A stretch of DNA of 64,000 nt from the NCBI GenBank assembly GCA_965249615.1, contig CBDFMI010000006.1, positions 9,933-73,932 on the forward strand, given 5' to 3'. Positions 55,903-64,000 of this stretch are shown here, one piece after another. Source of the DNA: a bacterium. GTDB lineage: Bacteria > UBA8248 > JACPRG01 > G963555815. The notes below the pieces were generated by a model. The model searched no databases. It saw only the letters and a list, made by a program, of their open reading frames with translations, and was not told the origin of the DNA. The position numbers and the translations under genes are program-made. Numbering within the stretch: position 1 is the stretch's first letter; the number at the start of each line of letters is the position of its first letter.

Positions 55903-57390
55903 TCAGTTCCCCTGTGTCAGCCCCAGCCTCTGCCGCATCTCCTGTTCGCGGGTCGCAAACTCGGTGGCCTGCTCCAGCCTCCCCATCTGCTGGTAGAGAC
56001 CGGTCATGTTGCTGAGGGTCTTAATGATGTTCGGGTGATCGGGCCCCACCCTTCTCTCGAGAATGCCGAGCGCACGCCGGTAGAGGGGCTCGGCCTTCGC
56101 GTAGTCGCCCTGGGACTGATAGAGCCCGGCCAGGTTGTTAAGGCCCGTGGCCACTTCGGTATGCTCGAGACCAAAGGCTTGCTCAAGGATGCCGAGCGCA
56201 CGCCGGTAGAGGGGCTCAGCCTCGACGAGGCGTTGCTGGGCCTTGTAGATCAAGGCCAAGTCGTTGAGGCCCGTGGCCACCTGGGGGTGCCCTGTCCCCA
56301 GGGCTTTCTCCCAAATGCTGAGCGCACGCTGATTGAGCGGTTCGGCTTCATCGTAGCGGCCCTGGATCCGGTGTAGTTTGGCCAACTCATTGAGCCTCAC
56401 GGCCACCTCAGGATGCTCAGGCCCGAAGGCCCCCTCCATGATGGACAAGGCGCGCTGGTGAAGGATCACGGCCGTCCTGAAGTTGTTTTGCGCCTGAGAG
56501 AGCTCGGCCATATGGATCAGGCTCCGGCCCACCTGGGGATGCTCGCGGCCAAAGGCCTGCTCTCGGATGGCAAGCGCGCGCTGGTAGAGCGGCTCGGCCG
56601 CGTCGAAGCCCCCCCGGGCCTCGTAGGCACCAGCCAGCTTGTCGAGGGCGCTGGCCACATGGGGATGATTTAGTCCGAAAGCTTTCTGGACAATGACCAG
56701 CGATCTTCGGTAGATCCGTTCGGCTTCACTGTGGCGGCCCTGCGCTTCGTAAACCGAGCCCAGTCCGTTGAGGATCCCGCCCGCAAATGGGTGCTCGGGG
56801 GAGAGGTCTTTCTCGACAATGGCCAGCGCCCTCTCATAGAGAGGCTCGGCCTCGTTGTAGGCGCCCTGGGCGCGGTAGACCTCGGCCAGGTTGTTGAGGC
56901 TCTCGGCCACCAGGCCATGTTCAGGACCCAGGGTCTCCTCGCGGACGGTGAGCGCACGTTCGTAGAGCGGCTCAGCCTCGGCGTAGCGACGCCGGGCATG
57001 ATAGAGGGTGGCCAGGTTGTTCAGGCTTTCGGCGACATCGGAATGATCGGGTCCAAGGGCCTCCTCACGAATAGCGAGCGCGCGCTCGTGGAGCGGCTGC
57101 GATTCCTCGTAGTTGCCCTGAACGTCATACACCCCGCCCAGGTTGTTGAGGCTCTTGGCCACATCGGGATGGTCGGGACCGAGGGCCTCCTCGCGGAGAC
57201 CCAAAGCGCGCCTCGCAAAGAAGGCCGCCTGTACATAATCTCCCTCTTCGTAGAGGTGTATCACCTCCGCATCGAGCTGCGTCGCTTCCTCAAGGGCTTC
57301 CGAGTTTTTGCCTGAGTCTGAACAGGACGAAAGAAAAAGCAGACCCGCAATAAACAGGGGGGCCGTGAGGCTCCTTCGCAGAAAATCCAT
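55903..57390 (-). CDS. TPR-repeat lipoprotein (about ten tandem 42-aa repeats)
   Basis: MDFLRRSLTAPLFIAGLLFLSSCS lipobox, then repeated ...AEPLYERALAIREEALGPDHPDVA.SLNNLA.LY..QG.Y... units. Confidence 0.8.
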   Translation of the reverse strand: MDFLRRSLTAPLFIAGLLFLSSCSDSGKNSEALEEATQLDAEVIHLYEEGDYVQAAFFARRALGLREEALGPDHPDVAKSLNNLGGVYDVQGNYEESQPLHERALAIREEALGPDHSDVAESLNNLATLYHARRRYAEAEPLYERALTVREETLGPEHGLVAESLNNLAEVYRAQGAYNEAEPLYERALAIVEKDLSPEHPFAGGILNGLGSVYEAQGRHSEAERIYRRSLVIVQKAFGLNHPHVASALDKLAGAYEARGGFDAAEPLYQRALAIREQAFGREHPQVGRSLIHMAELSQAQNNFRTAVILHQRALSIMEGAFGPEHPEVAVRLNELAKLHRIQGRYDEAEPLNQRALSIWEKALGTGHPQVATGLNDLALIYKAQQRLVEAEPLYRRALGILEQAFGLEHTEVATGLNNLAGLYQSQGDYAKAEPLYRRALGILERRVGPDHPNIIKTLSNMTGLYQQMGRLEQATEFATREQEMRQRLGLTQGN

Positions 57391-57443
57391 GGCATTACCC
57401 TTCACAGGATTGGGCCAAGACCGTAGATTCAAGACTACGCTCA

Positions 57444-58973
57444 TTATAATACAAATTGACGCCCAGAAATTTTCCCTCTCTTGAGGACCTGTCGCCGCCA
57501 CTCCTCTCCCAGGGAACGGCAAGCCTCGCGGTGCATGGAGAGGAGGTGGGGCCTTAGACTTTCCGCCCAGGCCGTCGCCTCCTTCTCATGGCCTCTCAGC
57601 CGCGACCCGATCCCCTCCATGCCCTCCCGAAGACCCTCCTCGTCGATGCCCAGGACTTTCCCATCCTTCATCACAACCTCGCCATCGACAAGGGCGGTGC
57701 GGACCGAGTCTCCGTGTTCGTTGAAAACCACCTGGGAGAGCGGGTCGAGGGAGGGGAGATAGTTCCAGGACCGGTCCAGGAGGATCAGATCGGCGCGCTT
57801 TCCAGGCTCGATAGATCCAAGCTCTTCCTGACCCAGCACCGCGGCCCCTCCGCGAGTCGCCATCCGAAGGACCTCTGCGGGCCCAATCCAGTCTTCTGGC
57901 TCTACCGTCGTCACGTTATGGATGAGGGCGGCGAGTCTCACCTGGTCAAAGACGCTTCCGGAATCGCTCGAGTCCCCTCCATCCACGCCAAGGCCCACCG
58001 GGATCCCGGCCGAGAGCATCTTTCGAAGGGGAGCGATCCCACTTCCCAGCTTCAGGTTCGAGGCGGGGTTATGGACAACGCGGGCCGACCGCTTCCCAAG
58101 AAGTGAAACTTCGTCGTCACTCAACCACACACAGTGGGCAAAGGAGGTGCGCTCCGAAAGCAGGCCGAGCCGGTCCAGATGCTCAACGTAAGATCCGCCA
58201 TAGGATTTTTTGGCGTGACAGACCTGGACCCGAGTCTCCAGAAGGTGGGTGTGGAAGAGGACGTCGTGGCGCTCCATGAGGTCCCGGCATCCCGCCAGGA
58301 GGGCGTCCGAGCAGCGCTGAGGCGCCGAGGGCCCAAGCCCGGGGCGCACCCGTCCCCCCTGCCAGCTTTTCTTGACGAAGTCCCCGGCCCACTCTAGGAG
58401 GGCCTCTGTCTGGGGCGGCTTTTCGGCCTCCAGCCTCGCTCGAAGACCGGACGGAAGAGAGGAAAGGTTAAGAGGCAGGGTGTCCCGCATGGCCCGGTCC
58501 TGGAGCATGGGGGTCAGGACAGCCCTCACGCCGGTCGTTTGAAAGGCCCGAAGCGCCGCCTCCACCCAGGCGGGGTCGGGCTGGGAACCCGCCGAAAAAT
58601 GATGCAGGACGGAGGTCCCTCCGTGCCGGAGCATCTCTGCGCAGGCGAACGTCAGGGCCGTCTCCATCTCCTCGGGGGAGAGGGAGAGGTAGTGGAAGAC
58701 GCTGTCTTTGTAGGGTAGCCAGACCTCCATGGGAAGACCGTGGTGCATGCTTCGCTGGACCAGCTCTTCCAGGTGGCAGTGGGCGTTGGTGAGGCCTGGA
58801 AGGACGATCCCCCCCTGGCAGTCGATCCGCTCTTTCACATCGAATCCAGCGAGGTCCACCTCCACGCCCACGGAGACGACCTCCCCATTCTGAACGAGGA
58901 TAGACCCGCGGGGGAAGATGTCCCCCCGGTCATTGAGGGTCAGGACAAAACCGTTTTCCAGCAGGAGGGCCAT
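57444..58973 (-). CDS. amidohydrolase-superfamily protein (chlorohydrolase/deaminase-like)
   Basis: ...GGIVLPGLTNAHCHLEE is an HxH metal motif. Also ...HTHLLET..., ...HCVWLSD..., ...VGLGVDGG. Confidence 0.75.
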   Translation of the reverse strand: MALLLENGFVLTLNDRGDIFPRGSILVQNGEVVSVGVEVDLAGFDVKERIDCQGGIVLPGLTNAHCHLEELVQRSMHHGLPMEVWLPYKDSVFHYLSLSPEEMETALTFACAEMLRHGGTSVLHHFSAGSQPDPAWVEAALRAFQTTGVRAVLTPMLQDRAMRDTLPLNLSSLPSGLRARLEAEKPPQTEALLEWAGDFVKKSWQGGRVRPGLGPSAPQRCSDALLAGCRDLMERHDVLFHTHLLETRVQVCHAKKSYGGSYVEHLDRLGLLSERTSFAHCVWLSDDEVSLLGKRSARVVHNPASNLKLGSGIAPLRKMLSAGIPVGLGVDGGDSSDSGSVFDQVRLAALIHNVTTVEPEDWIGPAEVLRMATRGGAAVLGQEELGSIEPGKRADLILLDRSWNYLPSLDPLSQVVFNEHGDSVRTALVDGEVVMKDGKVLGIDEEGLREGMEGIGSRLRGHEKEATAWAESLRPHLLSMHREACRSLGEEWRRQVLKRGKISGRQFVL

Positions 58974-59106
58974 AAGATTCTGATGTGTACCGGTCAGGGG
59001 GTTTTTGAGACGGCCCTAAGGCCCTTTACCCCCTTCATCCTTCGATGTAGCATACCGTGTAGCACAAAAAGGTGTTTATTCGGAGCGAAATCGTTCCGCA
59101 AGGGCA

Positions 59107-60357
59107 TTGGCTTTCGACTCACATGGTGGAGTTTTCAGGGTGAAGCCGTCCAAGACTCGGGCGGGGGTCGGGCTATCAGGAGAGCAGGACACCGAGGTGG
59201 CGGCCCGGGAGGCCATCCACCTCGCTATGAATCGGGCCGGCATCGAACGGGCCGATTTCGTCGTTCTCTTCGCCACCCCTCACCACTTCGCCCAGTACCG
59301 TCCCCTGATGAAGTGGGTTCAGGAGGAGACCGGGGCCAAGCAGGTCGCTGGGTGCAGCGGTTACGGCGTCCTGACCTCTGACGGGGAGATCGAGGACGCC
59401 CCCGGGATCGCCATCCTGGCCGTGGCCTCTGATCAGATCTCCGCCCATTCCTTCCTCTGCCATCCCCTGAGGGGCCGGGGACACGTGGTGGGGGAGGAGA
59501 TCGCAAAAAGGGCCCAAGAAAACCTTCCGGACGGGTCAGACCCCCTTGTCCTCCTCCTGCCAGACACCTACCGCCTTCAGCCTGAGCCCCTGTTTGAGTC
59601 CCTTCAGGAGATTCTAGGGCCCGTCCCCATCGTGGGAGGCGGCGCCTCGGAAGACGGCTCGCAGGGGAGGACTTACCAGTTCTGCGACGGCCAGGTGGAG
59701 TCCGACGCTGTGTCGGGACTTATCTTCAAGGGAACCTTTAGCGCAGACATTCACATGACCCAGGCCTGCCGCCCGCTGGGAGATCCCTGGGTGGTGACCC
59801 GGGCGGATCGCAACGTCATTTATGAGCTGGGGGGCCGACCCGCCCTTGAAGTGCTTTCCGAGACGACCGGGGAGTCCCTGGTGGAGAATCCCCAGCTGGC
59901 CCTCACTAAGGTTTTCGTCGGTCTCCCCAAAGACCCGGACGACATGAAACTGGAGCGGGGGAGCTACCTCGTCAGGAACATTGTCGGCGTGGACCCTGAG
60001 TCGGGGGCCATCGGGATTCCGGAGCCCGTCTCGATGGGCCAAGTCATCTATCTCACCCTCAGGGAGGGAGAGGGGGCCCGCCGGGACCTGGCCAAAATGG
60101 TGGATTCCCTTTCCTCGGACTCGTCCCGGCTTGGGCGGGGACCCGCGAGCTTCGGCTTTTATTTCAACTGTGCGGGCCGGGGGAGCTCCTTGTACGGAAA
60201 GCCGTCAGTGGACGTTGAGACCATTCGGGAAAGGCTGGGAGATATTCCCATCATCGGGTTTTTTACAGGGGCCGAGATCGCCCCCATCCGTCAAAAGTTT
60301 TATCTCCACCAGTACTCCGGCGTCCTCGTTCTTTTCTCGGACATGGACACAGTTTAG
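59107..60357 (+). CDS. FIST-domain sensory protein
   Basis: ...ADFVVLFATPHH... then ...FYFNCAGRGSSLYG...IPIIGFFTGAEI is the typical FIST_N/FIST_C layout. TTG start as in the ORF track. Confidence 0.65.
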   Translation: MAFDSHGGVFRVKPSKTRAGVGLSGEQDTEVAAREAIHLAMNRAGIERADFVVLFATPHHFAQYRPLMKWVQEETGAKQVAGCSGYGVLTSDGEIEDAPGIAILAVASDQISAHSFLCHPLRGRGHVVGEEIAKRAQENLPDGSDPLVLLLPDTYRLQPEPLFESLQEILGPVPIVGGGASEDGSQGRTYQFCDGQVESDAVSGLIFKGTFSADIHMTQACRPLGDPWVVTRADRNVIYELGGRPALEVLSETTGESLVENPQLALTKVFVGLPKDPDDMKLERGSYLVRNIVGVDPESGAIGIPEPVSMGQVIYLTLREGEGARRDLAKMVDSLSSDSSRLGRGPASFGFYFNCAGRGSSLYGKPSVDVETIRERLGDIPIIGFFTGAEIAPIRQKFYLHQYSGVLVLFSDMDTV

Positions 60358-60442
60358 GCTTTTCAGGAGAAAAGACGCCGGGTGGCTCCCGGCGCTAGGC
60401 CAAAATTTTTAGATGTGATTGCAGGATTCCACAAAATTCTTT

Positions 60443-60739
60443 CTAATTCTTAGTCCGTTTCTTTTTGTTCTTCGACTTTCGGTGATTCGTCGAATTCTGA
60501 GCTAAATAAACCCGGGCCACGGTCCGGCCGTAGTCATCTTCACCTACCGATTCAATCTCGACTGCCTTGCCCTCAATCAGATCCCGGAGGATTCGAGCGA
60601 CGTTGATCGCTCCCGGTTGCCCATTCTTGGATGACTCTTCGCTTGCCAGCCTGACAGGGTTTTTGCGGCTCGCCGTCTTAAACGTATAGCCGTCAAGGAC
60701 TTTTGTAACCCTCTCTAAGCGCCCCAGTTCTCGTCCCCC
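60443..60739 (-). pseudogene. staphylococcal-nuclease-like ORF without a canonical start, in frame directly after the nrdJ TAG
   Basis: ...RVTKVLDGYTFKTASRKNPVRLASEESSKNGQPGAINVARILRDLIEGKAVEIESVGEDDYGRTVARVYL... follows the SNase pattern (V.DGDT...RL.GIDAPE...A...L..L..GK.V....D.YGR.LA.VY), but the catalytic-region residues are replaced. Confidence 0.4.
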
Positions 60740-63529
60740 CTACGAGCACCCGCTGGTGGCACCACAGTTGTAGCAGCGGTAGCAGGAGCCGTTTCGGACC
60801 ATGGTGGAGCCGCACTCGTGGCAGGGAGGCGCGTCCGCCTGGGCCAAAAAGATCTGTCGCTCGGCCTCCGCGAGGACCGTCGCCTGGCCGCCCGTCAGAT
60901 CCGCTTCTGTTTTCAGCCCTTCTGGGGCGGGCTCCACGGTGGTCGACTGCTCGTCGGGCGTCAAAAACTTCATCCCGAGCCACCGGAAGATGTAGTCCAT
61001 GAGGCTCTTGGCGTGACGTATCTGGGGGTTGTTGGTCCAGCCAGAGGGCTCAAAGCGCGTGTGGCTGAACTTGTCCACGAGGACTTTGATGGGGACCCCG
61101 TACTGAAGGGCGATGGAGATGGCCGTCGCAAAGGTGTCCATAAGACCCGAGATGAAGGACCCTTCCTTGGCCATCGTGATAAAAATCTCCCCCGGGCTTC
61201 CATCATCATACTTCCCGACGTGGATATATCCCTCGTGGCCCCCGACGCTGAATTTATGTCCGATGGTGGGCCGCTCGTCGGGAAGGCGCTTTCGGATGGG
61301 GCGAAGGCCCTCTTTCTCCTTTGCCCCTTCCTTTAGAGACGTATTGAGGGGCTGGGTCCGCTTGCAGCCATCCCGGTAGATGGCGATGGCCTTCAGCCCC
61401 AGCTTCCAGGAGTCGATGTAGGCGCGGCTGATATCCTCGGAGGTAGCCTCGCCCGGCATGTTGACGGTCTTGCTGATGGCCCCCGAGATGAAGGGTTGAA
61501 CGGCCCCCATCATCCGGACGTGGCCCATGTAGTGAATGCTCCGGACCCCGTTGGCCGGTGTGAAGGCGCAGTCGAAGACGGGAAGGTGCTCTTCCTTGAG
61601 GTGGGACGCCCCCTCGATGGTGTCGCTCTCGTCAATGTACGAGAGGATCTCCGCCACCTCTTCCTCGGTGTATTCCAGGTGCCGGAGGGCCTCAGGAACG
61701 GTCTGGTTCACGATCTTGAGAACGCCGCCGCCCACAAGTTTTTTGTATTTGACGAGGGCGATGTCGGGCTCCACCCCCGTCGTGTCACAGTCCATCATGA
61801 AGCCAATCGTCCCGGTGGGGGCGAGGACCGTCGCCTGGGAGTTCCGGTAGCCATATTTCGTGCCCAACACCAGGGCCTCGTCCCAGACGGATCGGGCGGC
61901 CTCCAGAAGCGGCTCCGTCGCCAAGAGGTCCTTCGGCGAGAGCCCATTTTCGACGCCCTCAAGGGCGGCCCTGTGCTTCCCCATCACCCGGAGCATGGCC
62001 CTCGAATTTTTCTCAAAGCCGGAGAAGGGATCGGTATGGGCGGCTATCTCGGCCGACATCCGGTAGGCCTCGCCCGTCATCAGGCCTGTGATGGCTGCCG
62101 CCATGGCCCTTCCGGCGGCGCTGTCATAGGGGATGCCCCGGGCCATCAGGAGGGCCCCCAGATTCGCGTAGCCAAGGCCGAGGGGCCGGTAGTCGTGGCT
62201 GTTTTGCTCGATGGCGGGGGTCGGATAGCTGGCGTTATCGACGAGGATCTCCTGGGCGGTGATCGTGATGCGGACGGCCTGTCGGAAGGCGTCGACGTCA
62301 AAGTTCCCGGCCTCGTCCCGGAACTTCATCAGGTTCAAAGAGGCGAGGTTGCAGGCGGTATCGTCCAGGAACATGTATTCGCTACAGGGGTTGCTGGCAT
62401 TGATGGGGGCCGTCTCGGGACAGGTGTGCCAGGCGTTGACAGTCGTGTGGAACTGCATTCCCGGATCCCCGCAAACCCAGGCGGCCTCTGCGATCTGTCT
62501 CATCAGGTCCCGGGCCCGGCAGGTGTCGACGACGCGGTCGGGCTCAGTCACGGCCTTCGTCCGCCAGAGATCATCCTCCAGGACGGCGTGCATGAACTCG
62601 TCGGCAACCCGGACGCTGTTATTGCTGTTCTGGAAGAAGACTGACTGATAGGCCACCCCGTTGAAGGAACCGTCGTAGCCTGCGTCGATGAGGGCCCAGG
62701 CCTTCTTCTCCTCCTCGGCCTTACAGTTGATGAATTCCTCGATGTCGGGGTGACCGATGTTTAGGATGACCATCTTGGCGGCCCGCCGGGTCTTCCCGCC
62801 CGATTTGATGACGCCCGCGAAGGCGTCGTATCCCTTCATAAAGGACACGGGGCCAGAAGGCTCACCCCCATTGGAGAGGACCTCCCTGGAGGACCGAATG
62901 GGAGAGAGATTGGTGCCGGTGCCCGAGCCATATTTGAAGAGCATCCCCTCAGTTCGGGTCAGACGAAGGATAGAGTCCATGTTGTCTTCGACGGAGTTGA
63001 TGAAGCAGGCGGAGCACTGGGGGCGGGGCTCAAGACCCACATTGAACCAGACCGGGCTGTTGAAGGCGGCCATCTGGTTGACGAGGAGGTGGGTCAGCTC
63101 GGCCTCGAAGGTGTCGGCATCCTCAGAGGTGTCAAAATAACCTCCCTGCCTGCCCCATTGCGAGATGGTCTTCGCCACCCGATCCACCAGCTGCTTGACG
63201 CTGTGTTCCCGCTTTGACGGGTCCTGGGACTTCTTGAAATATTTCGAGACCACCACGTTGGTGGCCAGCATGGACCAGCTTTTGGGGATTTCGAGCTCCT
63301 TCTGCTCGAAGATCTTCTCCCCCTTTTCGTTCGTGATGAGGGCGGTCCGCGGCTCCCATCCACCTTCGATGACGTCATAGGGATGTAGGGCAGAATCGGT
63401 AAAACGGCGGGCGAATTTCAGGCCCCCTTCTAGCCGGGGTCTTTCCTGCGCTTCAACCTCTGTTTTTTTTACTTCTTGCCTCCCGACACCTTCCCCGCCT
63501 TGAGCGACCTGTCCCTTCTCCCTTGGCAC
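60740..63529 (-). CDS. nrdJ: class II (adenosylcobalamin-dependent) ribonucleotide reductase
   Basis: 929 aa. ...NPCSEYMFLDDTACNLASLNL... is the active-site Cys region. C-terminal zinc ribbon CHECGSTMVRNGSCYRCYNCG. Confidence 0.9.
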   Translation of the reverse strand: MPREKGQVAQGGEGVGRQEVKKTEVEAQERPRLEGGLKFARRFTDSALHPYDVIEGGWEPRTALITNEKGEKIFEQKELEIPKSWSMLATNVVVSKYFKKSQDPSKREHSVKQLVDRVAKTISQWGRQGGYFDTSEDADTFEAELTHLLVNQMAAFNSPVWFNVGLEPRPQCSACFINSVEDNMDSILRLTRTEGMLFKYGSGTGTNLSPIRSSREVLSNGGEPSGPVSFMKGYDAFAGVIKSGGKTRRAAKMVILNIGHPDIEEFINCKAEEEKKAWALIDAGYDGSFNGVAYQSVFFQNSNNSVRVADEFMHAVLEDDLWRTKAVTEPDRVVDTCRARDLMRQIAEAAWVCGDPGMQFHTTVNAWHTCPETAPINASNPCSEYMFLDDTACNLASLNLMKFRDEAGNFDVDAFRQAVRITITAQEILVDNASYPTPAIEQNSHDYRPLGLGYANLGALLMARGIPYDSAAGRAMAAAITGLMTGEAYRMSAEIAAHTDPFSGFEKNSRAMLRVMGKHRAALEGVENGLSPKDLLATEPLLEAARSVWDEALVLGTKYGYRNSQATVLAPTGTIGFMMDCDTTGVEPDIALVKYKKLVGGGVLKIVNQTVPEALRHLEYTEEEVAEILSYIDESDTIEGASHLKEEHLPVFDCAFTPANGVRSIHYMGHVRMMGAVQPFISGAISKTVNMPGEATSEDISRAYIDSWKLGLKAIAIYRDGCKRTQPLNTSLKEGAKEKEGLRPIRKRLPDERPTIGHKFSVGGHEGYIHVGKYDDGSPGEIFITMAKEGSFISGLMDTFATAISIALQYGVPIKVLVDKFSHTRFEPSGWTNNPQIRHAKSLMDYIFRWLGMKFLTPDEQSTTVEPAPEGLKTEADLTGGQATVLAEAERQIFLAQADAPPCHECGSTMVRNGSCYRCYNCGATSGCS

Positions 63530-63542
63530 TAAGCCCCCCTTT

Positions 63543-63800
63543 CTATCTAGTAGGATAGATTTTGTATCTGTACCCGTCAGACCAGATATGAAGATTTCTC
63601 CCAGCTTCTCTTATCCTGTCCCTTGCATCTTCATATTCTTCAAGACATCGAGACATGTACTCATTGTCACGACCTTGCCAGAAGCGATCTTTTTCTTCCA
63701 ATTTTGTCAAATTCTTACAGATCGGACAGTTAGGTATCTGCATAAGTGGCCTCATTTTTCTTACTTCATTCCTTCTTTCAAATTTGGGTTGTTCTGACAA
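63543..63800 (-). CDS. hypothetical small protein (85 aa) with one CxxC
   Basis: Low-G+C ORF immediately upstream of nrdJ. ...IPNCPICKNL... Confidence 0.4.
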   Translation of the reverse strand: MSEQPKFERRNEVRKMRPLMQIPNCPICKNLTKLEEKDRFWQGRDNEYMSRCLEEYEDARDRIREAGRNLHIWSDGYRYKIYPTR

Positions 63801-63926
63801 CTCTGGGCAAAAAGAAGACTGGAGAAGACTGGAAATGAGAAAACCTCCCGCTCTCCCTTTTTTCGACTGTTGTGATCCTCCCCAATAGGCAGAATCACAA
63901 CATCCAGGGGAGGACCCCTATCTTCA

Positions 63927-63942
63927 ACACAATATTCTGTGT
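63927..63942. promoter_or_regulatory. NrdR-box-like palindrome
   Basis: ACACAATATTCTGTGT compared with the NrdR box consensus acaCwAtATaTwgtgt, upstream of the nrdJ transcription unit. Confidence 0.4.
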
Positions 63943-64000
63943 GTCAAGCAAAAAGTACGCGATAGCCCGACGGTGAAGTTTGGAAGGGCCAACGGTGGGG

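Noticed and set aside
55903-57390. Periodic DNA repeats and many long opposite-strand ORFs in this interval as a repeat element or separate genes
   Set aside because: They are explained by about ten tandem 42-codon TPR units of one lipoprotein gene. The antisense ORFs mirror that periodicity.
61496-62644. Long antisense or overlapping ORFs. Examples: 61496-62644 plus strand, 7623-8747 minus, 3367-4359 minus, 38873-39871 plus, 35814-36719 plus, 43870-44604 plus, 32952-33620 plus.
   Set aside because: Each lies inside a confidently identified gene on the other strand or in another frame. They have Arg/Pro/Gly-rich, low-complexity composition typical of high-G+C shadow ORFs and no recognisable motifs.

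Overview
High-G+C bacterial chromosomal segment; the taxon cannot be assigned from sequence alone. Left part (1-10.2 kb): a TonB-dependent receptor, the aapJQMP general amino-acid ABC transporter, glnA, queD and a truncated pteridine-reductase-like SDR. From about 10.19 to 24.70 kb lies a decayed mobile island. It holds terminase and portal remnants on the minus strand, then two diverged copies of a small-ORF module in inverted orientation. The copies meet near 19.03 kb in an inverted repeat with ~370-bp arms and 9-bp-phased AAGACC repeat arrays. Copy A carries an IS1595-family element whose transposase gene is itself split by a DNA-methyltransferase-HNH fusion gene. The island ends at a tRNA 3'-end-like fragment just upstream of carAB. 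Right part: carAB, livHMGF with a convergent binding protein, a minus-strand nadA-nadC-serB-like-aminotransferase-serA run, and a TatT-type TRAP transporter. It continues with an AbiV-like gene convergent with rtcA, and a DtxR-headed metal/copper cluster (two-domain multicopper oxidase, ZIP, cytochrome c, SCO1). The window ends with a sulfatase-family membrane protein, dtd, a TPR lipoprotein, an amidohydrolase, a FIST protein and class II RNR nrdJ. At least six genes, including glnA and tatT, show single-nucleotide frame breaks, mostly at short G/C runs; this is either assembly indel error or real decay. I saw no rRNA, no intact tRNA and no CRISPR array. All alignments and coordinates were done by eye without tools.
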